Below, piece by piece: positions 1-12,399 of a stretch of 64,000 nucleotides of DNA; positions within the stretch are counted from its first letter, which is position 1, and the number at the start of each line of letters is the position of its first letter. The notes below the pieces were generated by a model. The model was not told the DNA's origin. It ran no database searches and was given only the letters and a program-made list of their open reading frames with translations. The stretch is from assembly GCA_963801165.1 (NCBI GenBank), contig CAWDDT010000006.1, forward strand, positions 128,001-192,000. Reading direction: 5' to 3'. This stretch comes from an uncultured bacterium (GTDB lineage: Bacteria > Actinomycetota > Acidimicrobiia > Spongiisociales > UBA5794). The position numbers and the translations under genes are program-made.

Positions 1-257
1 AGCCCGAGTACGTCGTTGTCTGTTCGGTAGACGTCGGTGGGAACCGAATCGCGCACAAGACGCAGCATGGCTCGCAGCCGCTTGATCGCCTTGCGAGTCA
101 CGTGGACGGATTCGGCCGCGTCCCCGTCGGCCACACCGGCGATGCCGAGAGCTTCGTCGAACTGCTCGGTGACCACGCGCGCAAGCGCCTCGCACAGACT
201 CTCTCCCTGGCGGAAGCGGATAACGGTTGAAGCCGTGTCGAGCTGTTGTTCATCCAC
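1..257 (-). CDS. CHAD domain-containing protein (5' part; runs off the window)
   Basis: Manual translation from GTG at 257 gives MDEQQLDTASTVIRFRQGESLCEALARVV...ESVHVTRKAIKRLRAMLRLVRD. The VH..RK..KRLRA.LRL pattern is the CHAD N-terminal motif. Not in the ORF track because it is truncated. Confidence 0.75.
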   Translation of the reverse strand, partial: MDEQQLDTASTVIRFRQGESLCEALARVVTEQFDEALGIAGVADGDAAESVHVTRKAIKRLRAMLRLVRDSVPTDVYRTDNDVLG

Positions 258-270
258 ACGGCGAGGGTAA

Positions 271-2421
<2,151 letters not shown>

Positions 2422-2533
2422 TTTTCACGCTTTGGATCAGACCGCACTAACCTATGCCGGCCCGACTCCGTTTGAGGGTGTGGCTGTTATTCCACTGGAG
2501 GCTTTCGTGCCATACAACACGATCGTTCCCTGG

Positions 2534-2842
2534 TTGCTGCTGGCGACCGATGAAGGAGCGACCCAGGGCTCAGCAAGTTGGCTGGGTCTGCTGCTTCCGC
2601 TCGTCATTTTCGGGGGCTTGTTCTACGTTGCTCTCATCTACCCGCAGCGGAAGCGGCAGCGACAGATGCAGGAGCTGCGTAACTCCGTCGAGGTTGGAGA
2701 CCAGGTTCGGACCATCGGAGGGATCCTCGGGCGCGTGACCAGGCTCGATGGGGACGAAGCGACCATAGACGTAGGCAAGGGGACGACGTTGACCATTACC
2801 GTCCGGGCAATTGCCGAAAAGCTTGGAGATGCGAAAGAGTGA
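2534..2842 (+). CDS. yajC: Preprotein translocase subunit YajC (start uncertain; ORF is open from 2432)
   Basis: Single TM segment, then PQRKRQ...GDQVRTIGGILG; lies between tgt and secD. Confidence 0.88.
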   Translation: MLLATDEGATQGSASWLGLLLPLVIFGGLFYVALIYPQRKRQRQMQELRNSVEVGDQVRTIGGILGRVTRLDGDEATIDVGKGTTLTITVRAIAEKLGDAKE

Positions 2843-4495
2843 ACCGCCGACCGTTGTGGATCTCATTGATCCTCGCCATTGTCATTTCGTGGGGGTCGCT
2901 GGCTGCGATGGTGGCCGGTGGATGGGACCCCAAGCTCGGTCTCGACCTCCAGGGTGGGTTCTCGGTTGTGCTGGCCGCACCAGCGGGCACCGACCGCGCC
3001 GTGCTCGACCAGGCTGTCACCACAATGCGCAACCGCATCGAGAGTCTCGGTGCGGTTCAGGAGCCTGAGATCTCAGTACAGGGCGACCGTCGCATACTCG
3101 TGCAATTGCCCGGCGTAAAGGACCGCGAGCGTGCCCTCGCCGCGGTTGGCAAGACGGGCCAGCTCACGTTCCGACCGGTGTACTCCATCAGCGCCGTCAG
3201 CCCGGCGTTCACCGAGGGCATCCTCTCGCTGCCAACCACCACGTTGGCTCCCGGGGAGACCACAACGACAACAGCGGCGCCGGAGACCACGACCACGACC
3301 ACAGACGGCCGCACCCGGAGACACGACCACAACGACAACGGCCGCACCCGGAGACACGACCACAGCCGCGCCAACGACGACCACCACCCTTCCCCCCAAT
3401 ACGACCGCAACCAGTTGCGATGACCAACCGCCGCCTGTATCGGCCGCCGATCTGGACCCGACCACCGGGCTGAGCGTGGTGGACGATCCGAACAATGGGG
3501 TGTACCTGGCGGATGACAGCGGACGTATCTTCGACCTCGGTCCGGCGTTCCTCACCGGCGCCGATCTGACCGGTGCCGCGGCCGGCTTCGGCGGCAACAC
3601 GCAGGGCTGGGACGTCGACCCGTCGTTCACTGCGGACGGTGGGAAGAAATTCGAAGAATGCACCGCCGTCCTCTCCACCTACGTCTATGGCGATCCGCAT
3701 CGTCAGATGGCGATCGTCCTCGACGGCAAGGTCATCTCGGCACCGTCGATCGCACAAGACGTCGCCTCCGGCGAGTCCCTCAAGGCCGACTCAGTCGTGA
3801 TCACGATGGGGTCGGCGGCCGACAACGGTCAACAAGAGGCCGAAGACCTGGCGACCGTGCTGCGATATGGTGCGCTCCCGACCACGTTCGAGCGCGAGAG
3901 CGAGGGCTCCATATCGGCCAGCCTCGGGTCCGATTCGCTGCGGGCGGGGCTGATCGCCGGTATCGCCGGTCTGATCCTGGTCGCGTTGGCCATGCTGGCC
4001 TACTACCGGATCCTCGGCCTGATTGCAGTGCTCGGCTTCAGCGTTTTCGGCTCGCTTCTGCTGGGAACGATCATCCTGCTGGGCCAGACCCAGGGCACGA
4101 CGCTCACGTTGTCGGGTGTCACCGGCATAATCGTGTCGGTGGGTATCACCGCCGATTCCTACATCGTCTTCTTCGAGAGGATCAAGGAGGAGCACAGGCG
4201 AGGGCGGGCGTTGAAACCCGCGGTGGATTACGGATTCAAGCGGGCCTTCCACACGATCATCACCGCGGATACGGTGACCATGGCCGGATCCGTTCTTCTG
4301 TGGCTCCTGGCGATCGGACCGGTGAAGGGGTTTGCGCTCACACTTGGTATCGCGACGGCGGTGGATGTCATTGTCGCTTACGTCTTCACCCGACCGTTTG
4401 CGATGCTGCTCGTGCGCGGCAAGCTCAGTGAAGTCGGAATGTTCTCCATCAGGGCCGCCATGGGAAGAGGCATCGTCGAGGAGGTGGCGTCGTGA
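2839..4495 (+). CDS. secD: Protein translocase subunit SecD, with a +1 frameshift at about 3304
   Basis: N-terminal part has LGLDLQGG and RILVQLPG (ORF 2839..3423). C-terminal part has AIVLDG.VISAP, LRYGALP and D..IVFFERIKEE (ORF 3131..4495). The junction lies in a Thr-rich repeat. Confidence 0.92.
3305..3364 (+). repeat. 33-bp tandem repeat encoding TAAPGDTTTTT in the SecD extracytoplasmic insert
   Basis: acggccgcacccggagacacgaccaca occurs at 3305 and again at 3338. Confidence 0.85.
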
Positions 4496-5655
4496 GCGTG
4501 TGGACAGACCTCTACCGGGGCGAGACGGAGTTCGACTTCGTGCGGCATCGGCGTCGCTTCTTCGTCATCTCGGGAATTGTCATCCTGGTCTCGCTCTTCT
4601 CGCTGATGTTCCGTGGTTTGAACGGAAGCATCGACTTCACCGGTGGTGCCGTCATCGATGCCCCGAACCAATCAGGGCAGGTCGTCGCCGGGTACCGCGA
4701 CGGCCTGGCCACGATCGGCGAGGAGGGCGCACGCGTCCAGATCCGCACGGAATCCGACGGGAGCGAAACGGCGATCATCCAGACCGGGGCGCTCAGCGTC
4801 GAGCAGCGGGACCAGCTGGTCGCGACGGTGGCGGATGTGGCAGGTGTGGATCCCAACGACCTGTCGATCGAATCGACCGGTCCCACGTTCGGGTCCGAGA
4901 TAACCAGACGGGCCATCGAGGCGCTCGTCATCTTCCTGTTGGTCGTGGCGCTCTATATCACGTGGCGTTTCGAGTGGAAGATGTCGGCGGCCGCGCTGAC
5001 GGCCTTGTTCCACGACTTGATCGTCACCGCCGGTGTCTACTCGCTCGTCGGTTTCGAAGTGACTCCTGCGACCGTAATCGCCATTCTGACGATTCTCGGC
5101 TACTCCTTGTACGACACGGTCGTCGTCTTCGACAAGATCACGGAGAACGTGCACGAATTGGGCAATAGGAACACTTTCACCGAGATCACCAACCTCTCGA
5201 TGAACCAGGTTCTGATGCGCTCGCTCAACACGTCTTTGACCTCTCTCTTGCCGATAGGGAGCCTTCTCTTCGTCGGTTCCTACCTGCTGGGCGCCGCCAC
5301 GTTGCGCCAGTTTGCCCTGGCGCTCTTCATCGGAATTGCCGCCGGTACCTATTCCTCGATATTCGTGGCCTCTCCGCTTCTGACAGCGTGGAAGGAAACC
5401 GAACCTCAATGGCAGCGGATGCAGCGTCGCGCCGAGCGACGGACCGGCGACACCACTGTGGTTGCCGCCGAAGCACCCGCCACCAAGGCTGCCCCGGCAG
5501 CGAAGACACCTGCGAAGACACCTGGGAAGACACCCGCCAAGACGCAGTCCAAAGCTCCGGCGAAGAGCAGTTCCGGTTCGTCCGCAACGGCGACGGAGAA
5601 ACGGGCGTCGGGAGCGCGGCCGCGGCCACCAAAACGGCGCGGCAAGCGGCGGTAG
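4492..5655 (+). CDS. secF: Protein translocase subunit SecF
   Basis: IDFTGG, GPTFG, ALFHD and GYSLYDTVVVFDKI.EN motifs; basic AKTP-repeat tail. Confidence 0.95.
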   Translation: MSVWTDLYRGETEFDFVRHRRRFFVISGIVILVSLFSLMFRGLNGSIDFTGGAVIDAPNQSGQVVAGYRDGLATIGEEGARVQIRTESDGSETAIIQTGALSVEQRDQLVATVADVAGVDPNDLSIESTGPTFGSEITRRAIEALVIFLLVVALYITWRFEWKMSAAALTALFHDLIVTAGVYSLVGFEVTPATVIAILTILGYSLYDTVVVFDKITENVHELGNRNTFTEITNLSMNQVLMRSLNTSLTSLLPIGSLLFVGSYLLGAATLRQFALALFIGIAAGTYSSIFVASPLLTAWKETEPQWQRMQRRAERRTGDTTVVAAEAPATKAAPAAKTPAKTPGKTPAKTQSKAPAKSSSGSSATATEKRASGARPRPPKRRGKRR

Positions 5656-5664
5656 ACTGGTTTC

Positions 5665-6204
5665 GTGATCGAATCAACCGAGTCGCGAGTTCGCTCGCTA
5701 ATCCGTGATATCCCGGACTTCCCGGAGCCCGGAATCATCTTCAAAGACATCACCCCCTTGCTGGGCGACTATGCCGCGTTCGATGGAGCCATCGACGCGA
5801 TGATCGAGCCTTTCCGGTCGCGCGGCGTGACGAAGGTGGTTGGGATAGAAGCTCGCGGCTTCATTTTCGCGGCACCTATCGCCATCCGCCTCGGAGCTGG
5901 TTTCATCCCGGTGCGCAAGCCGGGAAAGCTGCCATACGACGTACACCACCAGGTCTACGAACTCGAATACGGCACTGACCGTGTCGAGATCCACCAGGAC
6001 GCGGCCATGCCAAACGACAACGTGCTCGTTGTCGACGACGTTTTGGCCACCGGGGGGACGGGCCGGGCATCGACAGATCTCATCCGGGCGCTCGGAGCCC
6101 ACGTCGTCGGGTTCACGGTCCTTGCCGAGCTAGCCTTCCTGGGGGGTCGGGAACGGTTGGACGGGGTCGATGTTCATGCGGTGGTGAGGTATGGCGCTTC
6201 CTGA
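5665..6204 (+). CDS. apt: Adenine phosphoribosyltransferase
   Basis: PDFP.PGI.FKDITPLL, GIEARGF, RKPGKLP, LEYG and VVDDVLATGGT motifs. Confidence 0.96.
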   Translation: MIESTESRVRSLIRDIPDFPEPGIIFKDITPLLGDYAAFDGAIDAMIEPFRSRGVTKVVGIEARGFIFAAPIAIRLGAGFIPVRKPGKLPYDVHHQVYELEYGTDRVEIHQDAAMPNDNVLVVDDVLATGGTGRASTDLIRALGAHVVGFTVLAELAFLGGRERLDGVDVHAVVRYGAS

Positions 6205-8377
6205 GATCATCGAGGCCGAACCTGCGCTCCACCTGGCTCGGATCCGTGAGGAATACGCCTCGCATTACGGAGATGCCGACTTCTCCAATATCGAACGCGC
6301 CTACCGGGTGGCCGCCCAGGCACATGCCGGGCAGATGCGCAGGTCGGGACACCCCTACATCACTCACCCGCTGATAGTCGCCGAGATCCTCGCCGGCTAT
6401 GGCATGGACGAGGCAACGCTGATCGCGGCCATCCTGCACGACACAGTGGAGGACACCGACGTGTCACTCGAGGACACCGCGTCGATGTTCGGGGACGAGG
6501 TGGCGGCGCTCATCGACGGGGTGACAAAGCTGGACCGGATCCGGTTCTCGTCGCGAGAGGAACAACAGGCAGCGACGATCCGCAAGATGGCTATAGCGAT
6601 GGCCAAGGATATCCGCGTTCTGCTCATCAAACTCGCCGACCGGCTCCACAACATCCGTACGCTTGACTTCCTCCTCGAGGAGAAGCGGCATCGGATCGCT
6701 CTCGAGACCCTCGAGGTCTACGCCCCGCTGGCGCACCGGCTCGGGGTGCAAGAGATGAAGCACGAGATGGAGGACCGCTGCTTTCGCGAGCTGTATCCCA
6801 AGCGGATGCTCGAGCTCGAGGAGCTGATCAGCAGACGCGCCCCACAGCGGGAAGCGGACCTGGAGCGGGTCAAGGAGCGCGTGCGCGAGGAGTTAGCGGT
6901 ACAGGGCATAGAAGCAATGGTCACCGGCCGACCCAAGCACCTGTACTCCATCTACCGCAAGATGATGGCGAGCGGTCTCGAGTTCGAGCAGATATACGAC
7001 CTCATGGGGGTGCGGGTGCTCGTGAACGAGGTGCGGGATTGCTATGCCGTGCTGGGGTTGATCCACACCCTGTGGGCTCCGATCCAGGGCCGGTTCAAGG
7101 ACTACATCGCGATGCCCAAGTTCAACCTGTACCAGAGCCTGCACACCACGGTGCTCGGGCCGGATGGCAAGCCGCTAGAGGTGCAGATCCGTACCTACGA
7201 GATGCATACCCGCGCCGAGTACGGGATCGCGGCGCATTGGCGCTACAAAGACGGCGACAAGAGCACCGATCCCGAGTTCATAGCCGATCTACGCTTCCTC
7301 CAGGAGGAGTCGACAGATCCCCGCGAGTTCCTCGAGCATCTGAAACTGGATCTCTACATCGATGAGGTGTTCGCCCTCACGCCGAAGGGTGATGTCCACG
7401 TGCTGCCGCGGGGCGCCACCCCGGTCGACTTCGCATACAAGATCCACACCGACGTCGGCCACCGCTGTGTAGGTGCCAAGGTCAACGGAAAGTTGACGCC
7501 CCTCAACTCAGAGCTGCATTCCGGCGACATTGTCGAGATCATCACCACCAAATCGGCGGATGCCCGCCCCAGCCGCGACTGGCTGGAGTTCGTCAAGTCG
7601 TCGCGGGCAAGCACCAAGATCCGTCAGTGGTACACGCGGGCACGGCGGGAAACGGCTCTTCAGGACGGCAAAGAGGCGATCGTGAGGGCCCTGCGCAAAT
7701 CGCCGCTGCCGATTGAGCGATTCAAACGGGACGAGGCGCTGCTTCCGGTCGCGGAAGATTGCGGCTACCACGATGTCGACGGTCTCTACGTCGCCGTGGG
7801 TGACGGCAGGCTCAGCCCCCTGACGGTCATTTCACGTCTCGAGCGCTTGCACGGCCTCGGCTCGGAGGACGACGACCTACTCAGCCCCCCGACCCGGTCC
7901 CGGTCACGGCGCCCCACCAGTGCGATAAAGGTCGACGGCATGGAGGACATGCTGGTGAGGGTGGCGCGGTGCTGTGCGCCTGTCCCTGGTGACGAGATCA
8001 TCGGTTTCGTGACGGTTGGGCGGGGAGTCTCGGTTCACCGGGTCGACTGCAGCAACATCGGAGCGCTCGGCGACAAGAAGGAGCGGATCATCGACGTCTC
8101 GTGGGACGGCGAGTACCAGGGTTCGTTCTTTGCCTGGATCCAGATCGAGGCACTCGACCGGGCCCGTCTTCTTCGCGACGTGACCGAGGTCATCTCGGAT
8201 CACGGCGGAAACATCGAGGCGGCATCGACGGCAACGGGTAGCGACCGTGTGGCGATCCTGCGCTTTGAAGTGCAGTTCTCCGATCCTCAGCAGCTGGAAC
8301 GGGTTCTAGCCGAGACTCGACGGGTCGACGGCGTATTCGATTCGTACCGGCTGGTGCCGCAGGGCACAACCGAATGA
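6191..8377 (+). CDS. relA: Bifunctional (p)ppGpp synthetase/hydrolase Rel
   Basis: HD domain (LHDTVEDT), KLADRLHN, GR.K..YSIY, YQSLHT, EVQIRT, then TGS, CC and ACT domains. Confidence 0.96.
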   Translation: MALPEIIEAEPALHLARIREEYASHYGDADFSNIERAYRVAAQAHAGQMRRSGHPYITHPLIVAEILAGYGMDEATLIAAILHDTVEDTDVSLEDTASMFGDEVAALIDGVTKLDRIRFSSREEQQAATIRKMAIAMAKDIRVLLIKLADRLHNIRTLDFLLEEKRHRIALETLEVYAPLAHRLGVQEMKHEMEDRCFRELYPKRMLELEELISRRAPQREADLERVKERVREELAVQGIEAMVTGRPKHLYSIYRKMMASGLEFEQIYDLMGVRVLVNEVRDCYAVLGLIHTLWAPIQGRFKDYIAMPKFNLYQSLHTTVLGPDGKPLEVQIRTYEMHTRAEYGIAAHWRYKDGDKSTDPEFIADLRFLQEESTDPREFLEHLKLDLYIDEVFALTPKGDVHVLPRGATPVDFAYKIHTDVGHRCVGAKVNGKLTPLNSELHSGDIVEIITTKSADARPSRDWLEFVKSSRASTKIRQWYTRARRETALQDGKEAIVRALRKSPLPIERFKRDEALLPVAEDCGYHDVDGLYVAVGDGRLSPLTVISRLERLHGLGSEDDDLLSPPTRSRSRRPTSAIKVDGMEDMLVRVARCCAPVPGDEIIGFVTVGRGVSVHRVDCSNIGALGDKKERIIDVSWDGEYQGSFFAWIQIEALDRARLLRDVTEVISDHGGNIEAASTATGSDRVAILRFEVQFSDPQQLERVLAETRRVDGVFDSYRLVPQGTTE

Positions 8378-9051
8378 CGCTGCTGGTCGACGGTCGCTCG
8401 CTGTGGCTGGCCGAGACGAACTGCTATGTGGTGGCGCCGGAGCGGGGTGGCCCGTGTGTGATCGTCGACGCGCCGGACGACCTGGAAGGGATCGCAGACC
8501 TGCTTGCCCGCAACGACCTCTATCCGGAGGCCCTGCTGGTGACGCACGCCCACATCGACCACGCCGGCGGTGCCGGTGGTGTCGTGGACAAGTGGTCGAT
8601 CAGCGCCTACCTGCACCCCGACGACGAGTGGCTGGCCGCGGATCCGGCGGCGCAGCTACGTTCCCTGTTCGGTGGGACGCTGCCCGGCTGGCTCGAGAGT
8701 GGCTTCGAGCCGCCGGCATCCTGGTCGGCCCTCGATCATGGCCAGCAGCTGAGGCTCGCCGGCCTCGACATCGCGATCATCCACACTCCGGGGCACACCC
8801 CGGGCCATTGCTGCTTCCATCTCGACCAGGATGGGATTCTCTTCTCGGGTGATCAGCTGTTCGCCGGTTCCATCGGTAGAACCGACCTGCCGGGCGGAAA
8901 CTACGGTGACTTGATGCAGTCGATGCGAGAGCGGGTGCTGCCGCTCGCCGGCGAAACCCGGGTTCTTCCCGGTCATGGCCCGGCGACTACGATCGCGCAG
9001 GAACTGCGCACCAATCCCTTTTTGACCGATCCCGACCTGACCGATCGCTAG
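8374..9051 (+). CDS. MBL-fold metallo-hydrolase (glyoxalase II-like)
   Basis: THAHIDH, HTPGHTPG, SGD.LF.GSIGRTDLPGG and PGHG motifs. Confidence 0.9.
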   Translation: MTLLVDGRSLWLAETNCYVVAPERGGPCVIVDAPDDLEGIADLLARNDLYPEALLVTHAHIDHAGGAGGVVDKWSISAYLHPDDEWLAADPAAQLRSLFGGTLPGWLESGFEPPASWSALDHGQQLRLAGLDIAIIHTPGHTPGHCCFHLDQDGILFSGDQLFAGSIGRTDLPGGNYGDLMQSMRERVLPLAGETRVLPGHGPATTIAQELRTNPFLTDPDLTDR

Positions 9052-9079
9052 ACGGATTGGCGCCTGAAGCGAGGAAACC

Positions 9080-10855
9080 ATGACGAAGTACAGGACGACG
9101 CACGGCGGCATTCTCCGCGCCTCCGACATCGGTACCGAGGTGCGGCTGGCGGGATGGGTCGCCAAACGGAGGGACCACGGTGGGGTGATCTTCGTCGACC
9201 TGCGGGACTCATCGGGGATCGTCCAGGTGGTGCTCAACCCGGAGAATCACCCGGCGTCGTCTGAGACCCTGCGCGGTCTGCGTAACGAGTTCTGCATCAT
9301 GGTCACCGGTATCGTCCGAGAGCGGCCGGATGGCACGATCAACCCGGAGATGGCAACCGGTGAGATCGAGGTGGGCGTCAGCGAGCTCGAGGTGCTGTCG
9401 CCTGCAGACGTCATGCCCTTTCAGATCGATGAGCGTTTCGACGCCGACGAGGCGCGGCGTCTCAAGTACCGTTATCTGGATCTGCGACGGGACAAGATGG
9501 CCGGGAACCTCCGGGCACGTTCCACAGCGATCAGGGCGATGCGAAGGGTGCTCGACGACCTCGACTTTCTCGAGGTCGAGACGCCGACCCTCGTCGTATC
9601 GACGCCCGAGGGGGCCCGTGACATGCTGGTCCCCAGCCGGCTCCGGCCCGGTCATTTCTATGCGCTCCCGCAATCGCCCCAGCTGTTCAAGCAGCTATTG
9701 ATGGTGGCGGGGGTCGAGCGCTACTACCAGATCGCCCGCTGCTATCGCGACGAGGACTTCCGGTCCGATCGCCAGGTCGAGTTCACCCAGCTCGACCTCG
9801 AGGGCTCCTTCTGGGACCAGGACGATGTCCTCGACACGCTGGAGGCGATCGTGGCCCGGGTGGTCGGCGATGTCCGCGGTACGGAATTGGTGCGCCCGCT
9901 TCCCAGGATGACGTACGCCGAGGCGATGGCCCGCTACGGGACCGACAAGCCCGATGTGCGCTTCGGGATGGAGATCGTCGACCTCGCCGACGTTTTCGCT
10001 CAATCTGAGTTCCGGGCGTTCGCCGGGGCCATTGCCGCCCGAGGAGCGGTGCGTGGGATCAACATCGGGAACCAGGGTCTGTCGCGAGCCGGCTTCGACA
10101 AGCTCGTCGCTGAGGCGCAGGACCTCGGTGCCAAGGGGCTCGTTTGGATGGTTGCCGAGGAGGACGGCAGCGTCCGCTCACCCGTTACCAAGTTCCTCAC
10201 TGAGGTGGAGGTGACCGGGGTTACCAGGTCCATGGCCGCCCAACCCGGCGATGCGCTGCTGATCGTCGCCGACGAGGTGAAAGTGGTCTCCCGGGTGCTG
10301 GGACAGCTCCGGCTGCAATTGGGCCAACCCTCCGGGCACGACGAGCTGGCGTTCTTGTTCGTCGTCGACTTCCCGGTGTTCGAGCGAACCGAAGAGGGTG
10401 CTCTCGCTCCCGCCCACCACCCGTTCACCGCACCGCGGGACGTCGAGGAGATGCGGTCCTCACCGGAGACCGCCATCTCGCGTAGCTACGACATGGTGCT
10501 CAACGGCGCGGAGCTCGGTTCGGGGAGCGTCAGGATTCATGACCCGGTTCTCCAGTCGCAGGTGTTCGATGTGCTCGGGATATCACCGGAAGAGGCGGAG
10601 ACGCGCTTTGGGTGGTTCCTGCAGGCCCTCCGCTACGGCACGCCGCCGCATGCCGGGTTCGCCATCGGGGTGGACCGGTTCGTGTCCATCCTCCAGAACG
10701 AGCAGAACATTCGCGAGGTAATGCCGTTCCCCAAGACGCAAACCGGGGCGGACCCGCTGACCGGGGCACCGAGTCGGGTCGCCGAAGTGCAGCTCGGGGA
10801 GCTCGGCATCGACGTGCGCCCTGAGATACGAGCCGCCTGGTCCGAGCAACGTTGA
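9080..10855 (+). CDS. aspS: Aspartate--tRNA ligase (probably non-discriminating Asp/Asn type)
   Basis: RRDHGG.IF.DLRD, RLKYRYLDLR, LPQSPQLFKQ, HHPFT and PPHAG.A.G.DR motifs. The His in RRDHGG is typical of ND-AspRS. Confidence 0.95.
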   Translation: MTKYRTTHGGILRASDIGTEVRLAGWVAKRRDHGGVIFVDLRDSSGIVQVVLNPENHPASSETLRGLRNEFCIMVTGIVRERPDGTINPEMATGEIEVGVSELEVLSPADVMPFQIDERFDADEARRLKYRYLDLRRDKMAGNLRARSTAIRAMRRVLDDLDFLEVETPTLVVSTPEGARDMLVPSRLRPGHFYALPQSPQLFKQLLMVAGVERYYQIARCYRDEDFRSDRQVEFTQLDLEGSFWDQDDVLDTLEAIVARVVGDVRGTELVRPLPRMTYAEAMARYGTDKPDVRFGMEIVDLADVFAQSEFRAFAGAIAARGAVRGINIGNQGLSRAGFDKLVAEAQDLGAKGLVWMVAEEDGSVRSPVTKFLTEVEVTGVTRSMAAQPGDALLIVADEVKVVSRVLGQLRLQLGQPSGHDELAFLFVVDFPVFERTEEGALAPAHHPFTAPRDVEEMRSSPETAISRSYDMVLNGAELGSGSVRIHDPVLQSQVFDVLGISPEEAETRFGWFLQALRYGTPPHAGFAIGVDRFVSILQNEQNIREVMPFPKTQTGADPLTGAPSRVAEVQLGELGIDVRPEIRAAWSEQR

Positions 10856-12195
10856 GCGACCAGGAAGACCTCTTTGCGGAGGAGCGGGCGGATCGACGGT
10901 TCCGTGGAGCGCCGCTCGCCGCCAGGATGCGACCTCGTACGCTCGACGAGGTGGTGGGTCAGCAACATCTGGTGGCCCCGGGGACGGCCTTCCGGTCGCT
11001 TCTCGAGTCGGGGCGTCCCAGCTCGCTGATCCTGTGGGGTCCGGCGGGGACGGGAAAGACGACTTTGGCACGCTTGACGGCCCGCGCGGCAGAGGCCAGG
11101 TTCACCGAGCTGTCTGCAACCGCGGCGGGCGTCAAGGAGGTCAGGGCGATCCTGGCGTCGGCGCGGCAGCGTCTCGAGGACGGCATCGGAGGAACGGTGC
11201 TCTTCCTCGACGAGATCCACAGATTCAACAAGAGCCAGCAAGATGCATTGCTGCCCGGGGTCGAAGACGGAACGGTCATTCTCGTCGGTGCCACGACCGA
11301 GAACCCGTTTTTCGAGGTCAACTCACCGTTGATCTCACGATGCACGGTATTTCGGACCGAGCCACTTGCACCCCACGACGTCGTCGCGCTCCTCGGCGCC
11401 GCCCGGGAGGACACGATGCGAGGGCTCGGTGGCGATGTGACCGTGACCGACGCAGCGCTGGTAGCGATCGGGGAACGGGTGGGCGGCGACGCCCGGCTGG
11501 CTCTGAACACGCTCGATGTCGCCGCCGCCGTTGTGCGTGGCTCGGGGCGCGATACCGTCGAGGTCTCCGATGTCACCGAGGCTCTGCAGCGACGGATCAT
11601 CCGCTACGACAAAGGCGGCGACCGGCACTACGACGTCATCTCAGCGTTCATCAAGAGCGTGCGGGGATCGGACCCGGATGCGGCCATGTACTGGTTGCAC
11701 ACGATGATCGAGGCGGGCGAGGATCCCAAGTTCATCGCCAGGCGGCTGGTGATCCTGGCGTCTGAGGATGTCGGGCTCGCCGACCCTGCCGGCCTGTCTA
11801 TCGCCACCGATGCGTTCCGGGCGGTCGAGCTGATCGGTCTGCCCGAGGCGTCGTTCGCACTGTCGCACGCCACCCTGTACCTCGCATTGGCGTCCAAATC
11901 GAACACGGTGAAGACCGCGATCGGACGGACGAGGGACCTTCTCGACCGGACACCGGGGGCGATGGTGCCGCCGCACCTGCGCAACGCTGCCACCGAAGGC
12001 CAACGTGCCCTCGGTGACGGTGTCGGGTATCTGTACCCACATGATGATCCGGACGGCATCCTCCCGCAGCAGTATCTGCCGGATGGGGCCGTCGGCGCCA
12101 CCGTGTACGTGCCGGGGAACCACGGTGCCGAGGCGGCCCTGGCCGAGCGGCTTGCCCGGATCGACAGGCGGCTGGGCAAGCCCGAGCGGAAGTAA
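10852..12195 (+). CDS. rarA: Replication-associated recombination protein A (AAA+ ATPase)
   Basis: PLAARMRP, GPAGTGKTT, DEIHRFNKSQQD, GATTENP.F and SAFIKS.RGSDPDA motifs. Confidence 0.95.
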   Translation: MSDQEDLFAEERADRRFRGAPLAARMRPRTLDEVVGQQHLVAPGTAFRSLLESGRPSSLILWGPAGTGKTTLARLTARAAEARFTELSATAAGVKEVRAILASARQRLEDGIGGTVLFLDEIHRFNKSQQDALLPGVEDGTVILVGATTENPFFEVNSPLISRCTVFRTEPLAPHDVVALLGAAREDTMRGLGGDVTVTDAALVAIGERVGGDARLALNTLDVAAAVVRGSGRDTVEVSDVTEALQRRIIRYDKGGDRHYDVISAFIKSVRGSDPDAAMYWLHTMIEAGEDPKFIARRLVILASEDVGLADPAGLSIATDAFRAVELIGLPEASFALSHATLYLALASKSNTVKTAIGRTRDLLDRTPGAMVPPHLRNAATEGQRALGDGVGYLYPHDDPDGILPQQYLPDGAVGATVYVPGNHGAEAALAERLARIDRRLGKPERK

Positions 12196-12204
12196 GGTAC
12201 GACG

Positions 12205-12399
12205 ATGCTGTTGAGAATCCGATGGTTCATCATGGGCTCTCTGGCCTCGCTGGGTCTGGTCGGCTACCTGATCAAGCAGCTCCGCAAGGCCCGGGAGCGC
12301 ATAACGCCGGGCAACGTCGCCAGGAGCGGCATGCGGGGCATGGCCGATGTGCTGGACAATGCCGCCGCCAGGATGCGCCAGGACGGCCAGGCGCGATGA
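12205..12399 (+). CDS. Small membrane protein (resembles the DUF6167-type ORF found upstream of alaS in actinobacteria)
   Basis: 64 aa with an N-terminal hydrophobic helix followed by a basic segment ending ..ITP; translationally coupled to hisS. Confidence 0.6.
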   Translation: MLLRIRWFIMGSLASLGLVGYLIKQLRKARERITPGNVARSGMRGMADVLDNAAARMRQDGQAR

